Positions 33,824-46,303 of a stretch of DNA of 64,000 nucleotides are shown piece by piece. The stretch's first letter is position 1. Every line of letters begins with the position of its first letter. This DNA is from Gonapodya sp. JEL0774 (Eukaryota). The notes under the pieces are model-generated. The model searched no databases, was not told the origin of the DNA, and saw only the letters and a list, made by a program, of their open reading frames with translations. The position numbers and the translations under genes were made by a program. The DNA lies in contig JADIIX010000014.1 in the NCBI GenBank assembly GCA_027604505.1, positions 62,001 through 126,000 of the forward strand, written 5' to 3'.

Positions 33824-36800
33824 ATGGAATCTTATCCTCTCGACCTCATCCTCCATCATGTGCCACTCCTTGCTGTCATTGGCCTATCCGACTCTTCGGT
33901 ACTAGCATCCCCTTCCCTTGCCGCCCCTTCCTCGGCCTCCGTGGCCCCTTTACCATCTGCACTGGCACTCCCTCAACCCGCCGCTTCTCGCGGTTCCGGT
34001 CTGTCTGCAGCGTCTTCCATTCCTTCCTCACCTCAACTCCCTTCATCATCTCCACTCCCCTCTCCACCTCAAAACCCCGCTGCCACCTATTTTTCGTTTC
34101 TCCGACCCCGCCTCCTTACCGCTCTAAATGTCAAAAACATACCCTCCGCTTTGTCCGCGTCCGCCCAGGGAGCTGATCATGTAACACAACCTGCGTCAGG
34201 AGCTGGCGCACTTTTTCAAGTCATTGCATTGGAGCGGGTGAGTCGGTTTCTGGGGATCAGAGGATAAAGGAAGTGAAACACTGAACATCAAGCTGGAGGA
34301 TAGTAAAACAAGTAATTTAGAACACTCTTGTGTGTGTGTTTTGCGAGATCTCACGTACCGCCTTGCTGCAAGATTCCTGTCATGGGGATTTGGAGTCATT
34401 CAACTACCAACTATCCGGAAGCGTTCTTTGACTTGCGTACATGCTCGAAGTGTCATCTCATGTTGTGAAGGATAGCTTACCTTCATTCCACTACATTATT
34501 CCCATTGTCCGCCCCTCGCCCTTTCAAGCACCTTCCCTTACCTCCACGCAAACTTCCCCTCCCTCTCCCGCCCCAACCTCCTTTCCCCACTACCCCCCAA
34601 GCTCCTCCTACTCCCCGTTCCCCTCTTTCTCCCCATCACCCGGCATCGCCACTGTACCCAGATGGCCTCATCTCACCGTTGTGGCTCGCAAGGCACCGCC
34701 ACCAAGTACCCGCGATTGTTGTAGGGTTTTACGAGATTCAGGAGGGGCCTCAGGGAGGTGAGGGTAGAGATAGGGATGGATGGCTGGTGGTGGAGATTAA
34801 TGAGCGAAAGTGAGTGGTCCGGGCGTGGGAAGCTTTACTGAAGGTACAAGACGTCGTTGTCCGCGATGACGGAGTTCAAACGTGACAGTTACTGCTCTTT
34901 CGCGGAAAACGCATGCCTGAGGGTATGCGGCTATAACAAGAGTGGCTTTGCCCACCCTCATGGTGCACTCGATTAGCCACTTACTGGTACCCGTCGATTG
35001 CCCGTCTGTCCTACAACCTCACTACCATCATACACCAAATGTCGATGCCGTCGCACCGTTGCAACACATTGCAGGAAACAATGTCAAGAACGTAACATCG
35101 TTTACGCCGCAGTTATTATGCTCAGGGCGTTGAACCCGAGTGAGTCTCATTTCTGCAAATCGACGCTCGCGCCGAGAAAAACGGTCACCCACTCCCTTAA
35201 TGCGCCAGCCGACCCACAGTTTGAGGAGCGCGTGTCCCAAATCCGCCGTCTCACCGGCCTCGACTCACGTACGGGGTTGTTCGTCCTGCCTCCGGTGCAC
35301 GGAGTTCCAGGAGGTGCGGCGGAGAGGAGTGGCGGGATCGAATTGGTTGAGTGGGTCGGTGGGTGAGTCGGCGTCATGTGTGGGCCTCTCTGCCACTTGG
35401 GACATTATCGGAAGGGCCTCCACCATCCTCATTGTCTCAATCAGCCTCCTAAAATCCCTCCACGAACCGTCAACCGCCTACTATGCGCATCATAACAAAC
35501 GCCTCAAGCGCGCTCGCCTTCGCATTCGTGCTCCACCCCCCGGTGGAGTGCCAGACCAGTCGTTGGTGCTGACAGCAGGTCTCCTAGACGCGGGGGGTGT
35601 GAGACCACTTGGGCCGTTGGGTTGGATAGCCAGATATGAGTTCAAGATGGCAGTGTTTAGGGAGTTTGGAGGGGATTTGGAAGGAGGAGTGAGGTAGGCT
35701 CACGTGTGCGAGGTGACGGGATCATTGGAATCGCGAAGTTGTGGGCATCTGAGTTTGTGCGCCGGTTCCGTAGACATTATCTTCTCGCCCACGCCGCCAT
35801 CCTCGAGTTCCTGGGAAACGGTGCCCACCCGTCCTCTGGTTCTTTGGCAACTATGGCGGGCAATGGGGTGCAGCCGTGGTCGACGCGATGGGGTGAAGCT
35901 AGGGTGGTACTGGATTGTATTAATTTGAAGGTTGGTATTGTTTTCGTGTTGAGGACTGTCTTGTTTGGAGGCGGCAATGTTGATCCTGCATCATGGTACT
36001 GCGCAGATCATGAAACTGCTGCTCTACATGGACCTACCACAATCAGCTCTCGCCCAGCTCTACCGACACCTCCACGCCTGCTCCAAGTTCCCTGAGCATG
36101 CACTTCACCCAACCCCTCCACCCCCGCCGACCTCCATCACACCCCGATACCCAACCGTACCCACGCCGCCTGGAGAATCAGGTGGACCGGAGTGGTGGGC
36201 ATGGGCGGGCAAACAGTATCGCATTTTTGGCGAGCTTGTGGAACTCGCGACGTCTCGACTTGGTCTCAAGGTGCCTGTACCGCAGCCAGGGTCTGCTGTC
36301 ACGTTTACGGCTGGAGCGGCTTTGTCACTGGCCGCTGCAGGGGGGCCTGCTGGAGTTTCTGCACCCGCCTTGTGTATCGGGGCAGTAGGGTCAGGAACAT
36401 TCGCGAGAGACGGGGGTGATGGTGTGGGGGTGACGGGGAGGACGAGTTTGGTGGGATTTGTACAGCATGCTGGGTATTATTATTTGATTGCAGCGAGATG
36501 TGCAGAGGAGAGGCGAAGGAGGGTTCTTTTAGGACGGGATGCAGGGATCAGAGCAGAAGGTGGGCGAACAATCTCGGATTGCGTGGCTTGTGAAACAACT
36601 GAATAAATTGGATCGCGCCTCAGGTCCGCCACCCCATCCTGCCAACCATCTTGCTGCTGCCCAGGCCGCTTATCTGTCGAAGCTCATGGCTTTGGAGCGC
36701 TCCGTGGATCACACTGCCGCTGTTATCGAGCTTCTCACGAAGGCTTATGAACAATATAAGAAGCTGCGCAGTGGGAGGACTACCCTATGGCTTGCCGGGG

Positions 36801-39800
36801 AGATTGCGAGGACATATGCGGAAGGAGGAAAGTGGGAGATGGCACTTCGGTGGGTTCGGGAATCGCGGTGGAGAGGCGAGAGCAATTGCCACCTCAACCT
36901 GACATTGCATTTGGTGGCTTTGGTTACCGAAGATTCTTTGATCGAATATCAAAGACTTACCGCAAAGAAAAGTGGAACACCATCCTCAAATCCATACTTG
37001 CATGGTCGCTCCGTTGTGCGCGCGAAGTAGGCGATACTGACAAGGTCATTTCTCTCGTCGTCGAGCTCATGAGCAGTGGTCAGTATTTTGCAGTTGAAAT
37101 TGTATCCGACACGACGGCTTCACTCATTGAGCAATCATAGATTTGACCTCTGACCCGGTTGAACGCTCAAAGTACCAAGAGGAACTTATGCTGGCACTGG
37201 GGCCGCCTGAGAGCCCAGACATGGTTCCCGCTGATGGCGCGGAGAGACGAACAATGTCCATAGATATGGACCAGGTCCACTCCTTTAGTGCGTGTTCCCG
37301 TGCTCATCCAGCAAAGGGTGGTTTTGGAGAAACATTTTGTGTTCTTGTATACAGTGTCCTGCACTTTTCAATTCAAATCGTCAACGGCCTTCGTGGGCGA
37401 GCCTGCAGTCTTCCAGGTTTCGCTTGTTCAATGCGGTACGCCGTCTCAAATTGCACAAGGAAATCCGCTTCGATTTTCTCGGGTATCCATAGCATTTTCC
37501 GATCCTTCATGCAACGTTGAAGCCACTGATGTGCTTGGCATGCATCCGATGGAACTCCCAGCATCTGCGCTGGGTCCAGCGGGGGATATTTGGATACTCA
37601 AAGAGCGACCGACATCTACGTCGGAAGAACCAGACAAGTTTGGGCTCAGTATTACGCCAGGTCACCCTCTAATCATTCAAGGCTCTCTGCGTTTGAACAA
37701 AGTACAAACAGTTCGAGTAGGTCCATGCCTTTTAGTAGTCAAGCGTGTTGTTTGCATCTTCCGCTCCGCCACCGGCTTTCATTCTAGGCAGTGATGATTG
37801 CTTTGACTATTGAACGACCTAGCCTGGACTTGGTTTTGGAGTTCCCATTAGTGGACGCATCAGGCGATCGTGAAGGACCCAGACGAAGGTGGATTGCCCT
37901 ACCGGAAGGTAAGCATCCTAAGAGAAGAGGAAAGTCCTTGGATGTCAGATTTATGCTTGAGGTCTTTGACAATCAGGAACGAATCCATATGTTGAACTTC
38001 TGGATGGATACGGCGAAGTTTCCCAACTCAAGTAAGCCCTCACTGGTATGACAGAATCGTTAGCATACAAAGTGGACATATTCTACCACCCTTTCCCTGC
38101 AAAAGAGTTATACGACAACCTCCGCGAGTCTCAATGAAGATACGACATTCCGCACCAGCATATCTCGAGGAGCTCTATCCCATCGATGTAGAAATCTCCA
38201 ATGAAGGTGATGAGAGCCTCACTGCATATGTAACGTTAGAGTTGCGAGGAGCAGATGCCAATGGTAACATCACACTTTGCGGCTAGTTTTTTATGATGTC
38301 TCATGGTTGGGTCCTTTTTCCAGACACATCAGTATCTTGTGATCCTTCAACGACCATTCAAGAGAGAGTAGAGCAAGCACATGGTACTTTTGATTCCGAC
38401 TCTCAGTCAAAGTTCTCGAGAATAGAAGTGGGCACGGTCGGCCACCAGTCTTCTCTTTCTACTAGAATCTACATTCAGCCGATGAATACGTTTGCCGATC
38501 GTATCGTACACGTGACGGTGAGGCGTAATGGTTCAAGAACTGACTGTATTATTTTTATTCCTGTCCCCTTTTCATCCCCATTTAACCAGCTTGTTTATCG
38601 GATGGCATCCGATGCGGAATCAGCTCCGCTGCCAGGTTCTCCATCATCATCTTCTTCAGATCTCGCCAGCGAAGGTTTTTTTACTGCCGTTGATACCTTG
38701 CGAATTCCTATTGTTAGACCGTTCGATATTGCGGTGGACATGCAACCACGAATGGACACTCCACCTTTCAAGGATGAGGAACTGGGAATCGGTGCACTCG
38801 GCTGGGATTCCAGGACACTGATTAACGGGATGGGAGTGATGGTGATCGGCATAAAGTGTGTAGGGCCTTGGGATGTCGAAGTCGATGATGTTACACTTGT
38901 GAGTGCATTCAGCCATAATTTGGGCCAACGGTTTTCTGATGCTCACGCGTGTTTAACTTTGCTTAAACTGTTGGGGGAGCAGGTGGAGGCGGAACCGGAT
39001 CGTGAGCGATTCTCCAAAGTTCTTCATTCGGATCTCGCGACGAATGCCCGCAAGCGGCAAGTGTGGAAACATGGCCACACCGCCAATTTCACGTTTTTGG
39101 TTTCTACGACCGAGAGTATTGATCTCGTGCCCGACTCGATACCTGTCGGTGTATTGCTCGTTAAGTGGCGACGGTGAGAAAGTAGTTGTCGGTCCCTGTC
39201 TGCTAGCTGAAACATGGTAGGGGACGATTCCACAGACGAACCTCGAGCGACGTACCTTTCACCACTGTCAAGATGGACGTGCCGCATATTCGGTCGAATA
39301 CCGATCCCGTACGGGTTACCACTTGTGAGCTGCCCTTGACTTGGTTGTCCTTTCTCCATATCCCTCTTGTTTGACTTATTCACGTTGATACTTGTAGCTA
39401 TCCCTCAAACAGTAACTTTAGGCCACGCATTTACGGTAACATATCTGGTGACAAACGTGTCTGCTGCCATGCACAACCTCGTAGCATCGGTGGACGTTTC
39501 GGAGGGCCTGGTATTCTCTGGTCCCAAAGTCCAGTTCATGCGGTTGCTCCCACTCGCACAGCAAGAAATTCGCTATAACTGCGTCCCCACGACGGACGGC
39601 AAGGTTCGACTCCCACGACTTAAGTTGGTGAGCAAGGGGTACGGAGACGCGGAGGGGCAAGAAACTGCCGTGAAGTGGAATGTCGGGGCTGGGGCAGGGG
39701 CAGGGCAAGGGAGCGGTGCAGGCGAGGGTGCAAGTGAGGATAAGGACATTTACGTGTACGTGCGGCCGCATATTGCAACGGGCTTTGAACTCGGACTGGC

Positions 39801-39807
39801 AATGTAG
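33824..39807 (+). CDS. TRAPPC11: TRAPP III subunit TRAPPC11 (foie gras/gryzun), multi-exon
   Basis: MESYPLDLILHHVPLLAVIGL, DGLISPLWLARH..PAIVVGF, RYEFKMAVFREF, WAWAGKQYRIFGELVE, HAGYYYLIAA, DHTAAVIELLTKAYEQY and C-terminal GLVFSGPK..GKVRLPRL. Confidence 0.9.
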
Positions 39808-40343
39808 AGAAGTGGAAGCGTAGAACACAACAATTGTTTTTGCTACTGACTTGTCTCCCTGTGTCATTGTCCGCTTATCGGTCTCAATAGAGAAGGCACG
39901 TTTTTTGACAAGCGTGAATGCAACCACTTGCGTGACATATCTTGGGTCCTCAGATGAGAGGGTCTCGGGGTTTGGAGCTGTTTTGTTCGACCGACAACTT
40001 TGCCAACAAAACATACCGAGAATTTCACAAAGATGCCACTCAATGAAATCAAGTGAGATTTTCACGATCACAATGTACATTACCGCCCACCGCCAGCAGC
40101 GGGAGGGTATACAGCAAAAACATAGTCACTATGCGGTACCACTACACAAGAGCATGCGGAAGTTGTGTGTAGGTTGATTGTGTGTATCCCGGGAAAAGAG
40201 TGCAAGCTGCGAATTATTTCATGTGCTTTTCGAACCACCGCAAAGTGTCCTCCGGATTGTCCTCCTCGCACCCCTTCATCAAATTCCATCAAAGAGCTTC
40301 CCCGGTGCCCATCATCGGCCTGAAGCCCGACCGCGCGGGGCCG

Positions 40344-41343
40344 TTACTGAGCGCTGCGCCGGCGCCATGGAGATGGCACCTTGACCTTTTTGTTCGCCAT
40401 GGCTGCGGCTGCGGCGGTGGTTTTGGCAGGGGCAACGGCGGCGACTGTTTGGGCGGGTGTGACGGCAGCAGCAGCGACGGTTTGGGCGACGGTTTTCGCG
40501 GGAGCCTGGAGTTGGTTGTTGTTTCCGGGGAAGAGGAGAGGATTTTAAACAAAAACGCCCCCGGTGTGTGCGAGGGAAGCACTCGCCACAAAATGACTTA
40601 CCACGGCTCCAGCACCGACAGGAATGTCGACAGTGAACTTTCCGTAACCGCCCTGTCCCCCATCAGGGCCCATGACGGCGCACACTCCTCGCACCTGCAC
40701 GGTGGCCGCCTTGATCTTGGTCTTTCCCTGGTTCCAGACCATGAGTGTAGAGAGGTTAGGCGTAGGGTTGCCATCCTCGTCGAGAGCGGTGGCGTGGACA
40801 ATGGTTTGGTTGGGAGTTCCGCATCCGCGCCACGGGTAAGGGATCATGTTGATACCTGGATTGGAGAACGCGCCGAGTTGTTTTTTAGCAGCAGTGTCCT
40901 GGACCCAGAGGATCATGCCGACGAGGATGTGGGCTGGGTTTTTGGTGGAAAGCTGGAAGGTCGTGGTTGGGGTGAGGCCGGTTCCGCCTACGACGTTGAC
41001 GGTGCAGAGGTCCTGGGCAGCGTACGGCGCCTAAACAACATACAGGACAAAAAAAGTGTTAGATTTTTGTGAGTTTCCACTGTGCATTGGGATGAAGAGG
41101 TAGTGCCAGTGCACTTGCCTGGAACTGAAAGTGGTATCCGGCAACCTTGGGCATGGCATCGTCGCCTTCAACCAACTGCGGGACGATATCTCCAAGTGAT
41201 TGCGGGGATCCGTTCTTCTGGTCGACAAGGTCGCAGATGTACGAGGGGATCAGCGCGCCGTTTGAGAATCCGAGCGCGGGCGATGCCATTTGGAGTGTCC
41301 AGGCAGCAGCCACCGCCGCCATCACGAACTTGGAAGAAACCAT
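40344..41343 (-). CDS. Secreted Reeler-like domain protein with Ala/Thr-rich tail (3 exons)
   Basis: Signal peptide, then FSNGA..C, GMILWVQD..QLGAF, GCG..TIVHA..VWN. Last exon APAKTVAQTVAAAAVTPAQ..RRRSAQ*. Confidence 0.65.
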
Positions 41344-42306
41344 TGTCGTCGTGGTAAGAAAGAAACCGGAAAAGAACGAAGGAATCGCGGTCGATGGAGT
41401 GGACGATTCGGCAATTGCAAGTGGGCAAGTTTTGTCTTTGGAATAAGAACACGAGTATCCCAAATCCTTTGTATTTTTCCGTGATCGAGGCTCCTGGACG
41501 CGGACGATCACCGTTGACCGCAACGCAAAAACTCTAAAACCACACAAGTTGCCAAACCATCAAATCCAGATGTGCAAAAAGCAAATACCCTGCGTGGAGA
41601 CGAGTTCTTCTTATTAGTTTTTCCCCGCTAACGTGCGAAACTCTGGTGCCGCAAGAAACCGAGCTTACGGTCATGACACAGGTAAGCTGTCCTCGTAACT
41701 TTATAAATGAGATATTTCGTTGTATGTACTCGTGTGCTCGGTAGCGTTGCCCGTGCGGGGATATATGGGAATTCCCTTGTGGTGTTTTGTCACCGTTGCC
41801 GCCAGGGAAGGCGGAGATCACCACCCTCCCCCTCCACCCCTCCCCCAGGAAATATGAGAAATTTCATTTTCCATTCCAAAAAATGTTCGGTAACTTTCTG
41901 ATGAAAGTAGCATCGTCCAAGATGGTTGACCGAGAATCACCTGTAGAAAACAACCTTCCGCGCCACACTGAACGGAGCACATAGTTGCCATCTCACGTGC
42001 ACATACGAAATCAACATCATTGAGTGTTGGTCAACATATTTGTTCTCTATTGAATGCTGGAATTCTATTCGGGGTGTAATGAGAGAACATGAGTGGTTGG
42101 GTGATAAGACGACTTTCTGTAGTACATAATTCCCAAAGCGAAGTGGTATTGCAGTCTTCGAACGCTTCTACATAGTAGCAGCAAGGTGAGGTGAGGTATC
42201 CATCTTTATTTGTAAAAGTAGCGGAAATAGATTTTTTTTATTATCCCCTGATCCAAAAACTCTTGCGACGATTGTTCCTCCGATCAACATGAACTGGACT
42301 GGTGAT

Positions 42307-44907
42307 TCAGTGGACAGTGCGTAGACGTAAGGTCAAAGTATCCCAGAGGTTCTCTGGGCTGTGAAGACACAGACTATGTCCCGATCCGACACCGTCGTTG
42401 CCACGCTCGCAGAACGCTCGTGAGACCTTTTGCCGGGGTATGGCAACCACATCCGCGGCGGAGCACAGGGTCTTCAAGAACTCCCCAGTCCCCACCACCT
42501 GTATGACTGTCCCAAACGCAGAGCTCTGCACTGACGCAAGCGAGGTGGACTATTCTGAATTCGCACTTGTGCGTTTCGCTTGGCCGGTGCGGTAGTGAGG
42601 GGTAGGAGAGCAGTGACGGTGCCCGAGGCTCAGGTCGGGACGCTGAAAGCAAACGGACATTGCCCGTCCAAGCATGGCGAAAAGGCTTGGTGTCATGGGC
42701 GTTCGAAGTCCAATTAGAAACACGTGTTTTCTCGTGACCTTCGTTATGTCTGGGTGCTGGTCTTCACGCAAAAGCTCGGAACCAAGAAGAGGAACAGTCG
42801 CATCGCTTGATCGCCACATTTGGAGAGGGAGAATCTCTCCACGTCTTCTGTGCAAGTCATCACTGTCGTCCAAATGCAAACGCTGTTCACGCTCGCCGTG
42901 AAATAGCCCCGCGGGCTGCGGGAAGATGCACTTATCCAAAAAGAGTATGACCCTTGTGCCGAGTTCGACAACTCAAAATGATTCGAGCAACAACGAAGTA
43001 AGTATGGGGGGAAGAGATGGTTTGAGTGAAACACTGGTAAGATCCATCGAGCACTTTTACGCATTTCATTTGCAGATGTTCGGTGTTGTCGCGATGTTCG
43101 ATTTGGACCCTCGCACCCTGCACCCGATGGCAACAACGTCTACGTGAGGACAGATCGGTGTTTCCAGCATTCTCATCCACAGAGATTTCGAGGAGACCCT
43201 CGGCGACAGCAGCAGCCTTTGCATGAGCGCGAAAATTCGTTTTGTTCTGAACCTCATGGATGAGCTGTGCGTAACCGGCATCACCGACGTGCACATGACC
43301 GCTGAAGCGGCCCAAAAGCTTCAAATCGCGACCAATTATACCGTTCAAGCGAACACTGCCGGAAGTTTATGTGTCGGAAATCTTCATGAATTGGGGATGG
43401 CGAGATCTTGCCGAATGATTCTGACCACTAACTCGGGGTTGCGAGGAAATCGCTGACAGCTCTTTGATCCATTCTTAGACCGCGAATGAATCTACTGGAA
43501 AAGGGCTCAATGAATCCGGCAAAGCCGTTCGGCGTCGAGCAGCACGCATCGACCGAGAATGTGGACACCATGCCGGCGTGAAAGTTCTGGCAAACTGCGT
43601 GGCATGCAATCCAACCATCTTCAAATACGATGACAGTGCTTCTGGCAGAAAGTATTCGCTTGCAATCTCTGTAAGCTGAGTTGTGTTCCTAAAATCTTTC
43701 ACAAGTTGGAATACAATTACAGATATTAACGCCAATAATTTTAATGTTCTAGCAATCGGAATGGGTGGCTGTTTTTCGAAGTGACGGTACTCATCCGTCA
43801 AGAAGCGCCTCTATCAAGGAAATAGAGCTCAATCCCATAAAGTCCACAGTCGGGCGGATGTCCAAACTTTGTTCTGCCATCATCTCATACTTTCGGAAAC
43901 CAAAGGCTCCTCCAGAGGCGTCGCCCACACACTGCATTACCATAAAACCCCTCGGTGATCTGGCTGCAAATGTCCCCGTCTCACGTGGCGTGGCTCATGC
44001 CGTTAGCTCTCTCAATCACCAAGCACTCCTTGCTTTGCTCAATGGCAACTCGGAGAGCACAAAACGAATGAAAACTCCCCGCTCACAATTTGAGAGCGTA
44101 GTGGCCAGTGCACGCAGCGGAAACGTTTCATCATGAGAGTGATTCCTCTACGGCTTCGGATGCAGAATCCTTCGACCTCACAAGTCAGGTTAGTAGCGAC
44201 AGCTATTCTGTGAAGATCACGGCTCATCAATTCACAATGAATTAGTTCTTCCGAATATTCTCTGGATCTAAGATTTTCTGGCGAGGTCAAATTCGGGAGA
44301 AGGACAACACCCCATTACAACGGTCAGGAAAGCGCCATAACCGTGAACACCCAGCAAGCATTCCAATAAGCGAGATGCTGAATCCGAGCAAAAGCAAATC
44401 TTAATTGCAAGTCTCTGGTGCAGATTCGAGCGACGTCAAGATTCAGGTCAGTGGTGACCGCTGCGTGTGTGCGAATAACAACGATCACCAATTCACGATA
44501 AATTGATTGTGCCACCTTCCAGTTGAACCTGAGACAGTTCATGCCGTTGAGTCTAGAACAATCGCAGAACTGAATCGTACCGGTCTTGAAAGCAGATGGG
44601 TGGTTGATACCCAAGTGTTTGATTATTTGGATTCCGTGAGTAAATTGAACCGGATTATCATTATGTACCCGAATCGAGCATTCTGATTCACATGGTCTCG
44701 GTTTTCTTTGAGGAGCCGCATCGTCTTCAAGATTTCCCTCCAACCACGATGACATCCCTCGACGCCGGGTCCCCTCCGCTAGACCTCAACTCTAACGATC
44801 CCGTGAGCATATTAAACCTGATTATTATTGTGTACACGAATCAAGTATTCTGATTCACATGGTCTCGTTTTTCCCTAAGGAGCCGCATCGTCTTCAAGAT
44901 TTGCCTC
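42307..44907 (-). pseudogene. Probable decayed coding region (short interrupted ORFs, no recognisable family)
   Basis: Several 75-145-aa ORFs in shifting frames with in-frame stops, plus an internal duplication; no coherent splice model. Confidence 0.25.
44644..44907. repeat. Imperfect 97-bp direct repeat (44644-44740 and 44811-44907)
   Basis: Ungapped alignment by eye gives about 12 mismatches in 97 nt; shared cores ttctgattcacatggtctcg and aggagccgcatcgtcttcaagattt. Confidence 0.9.
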
Positions 44908-45144
44908 TAAATGGGTGGTGGTCGCGTCAGCAACTGACAAATCAATACATCATCACAAGGCGGACTATAGGGAAAGCGGGTGGACAGTCAAGCGATCAAA
45001 GGGAATTGGCAGTTTCACCTGCTCTGACGACCAACCATGCTGTAGTTAGTTCAGGGGTCAGGAGCTGTGGGCGCGGGAGAGCCACCTCGTTTGAGGAAGA
45101 TGGCTTCTCTACTTCGCACCTGAGGGTGCGGGGGGGGGGGGGGG

Positions 45145-45154
45145 NNNNNNNNNN
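45145..45154. other. Assembly gap (10 N) flanked by a 15-nt poly-G run and GC-rich low-complexity sequence
   Basis: Directly visible in the sequence. Confidence 0.99.
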
Positions 45155-46303
45155 CGCCGCCGCCCGCCGGGCGCGCCGCCCCCGCCGGCCGGCCCGGTGG
45201 GGGGAGGGAGAGGGGCGTGTGGGGCAGAGGGGGGTGATTGGCGCGAGGGGGAGATAGTGCGGGAGTGATGCGGTAAGCAAGGGTTGATGGTGGTTGGGAT
45301 TGTTGGGCAGATGGAAAGCTGTGGAGAAAGAGTGATGAGTGGCGAGAGGCGTTTTGGGAAGGACGCAGTCAAAGGACGGAAAGTCATGGGTCAAGCGAGC
45401 CATTTGCGGTGTTGAATGGTGTCACACACTGATCTCAATGCTGGAATGGTTTTGACCGCGTGCTTGTTCAAGTAAGATTTACTAAATCGAGTTTTGTTAA
45501 CACTTCCAATTGCTGGGGTTATTTTCAAGCTCGGGATCGATTCCATTGTTGCGGTCGCATGGGACACCTTGGCCAACAATACTGCGCGCAATAATCGTTA
45601 TTTGTTCTAATCGAACAACCGGCAAAAAGTATGAGAATTTGTTTTTCCTCGGCTGTTTACCTTCCTGACACCAATTCCATCTGTTGCTCCGCGATCTCGT
45701 GAAAGTCCGTATGTGGAAGAATGCGGCATTCGGGAGAAGATGAAGTGTGCAACGAATTTCGTGTTTTGTCGATTGCTAAAAGGCCTGGTGCTGGCGTAAA
45801 ACTCGAGGAGGAATAGCGTGAGACTTTGAAAGGATCTATCAATTGTGCAGCCCTCCTTGACGTTGAGAATCGCACCTTCAGGCACGGACTCCATTTAATG
45901 AATGGTGTTTCTTACACACCCATTAATCTCTGTGGGAACGACTGAAATGTGGTCGGCTCTGGAATCCGACGTATGATAAAATGCAATTGGAGGGTCCGTC
46001 AAGAGATCAAACTCGAAAAGTTGCTTATCATTATTACTACGCGACGCCAAGTTCGATTCATTATGCGTAGAATTGGAAGTCTCTTTGGTCTAATCTGATG
46101 TAGAACTTATAATTGTATACCGTGAGAGGACGGAGTGGAACGACGAAACAAAGGCCTTCATTGCGTGAATAAAGCGACTTCTTAGAAATCACACAGAGAC
46201 GTTGGGGCGTTAATTTCAATACATGTGAGTGGGAAGTTGATGGGTTCGGCTCTCAGTCCTCCAGGAGTAAACACGAGCACCAGAGCAACACCTACCCACA
46301 ATC

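Noticed and set aside
40182..41072. 296-aa plus-strand ORF
   Set aside because: Antisense shadow of the codon-biased Reeler-like gene.
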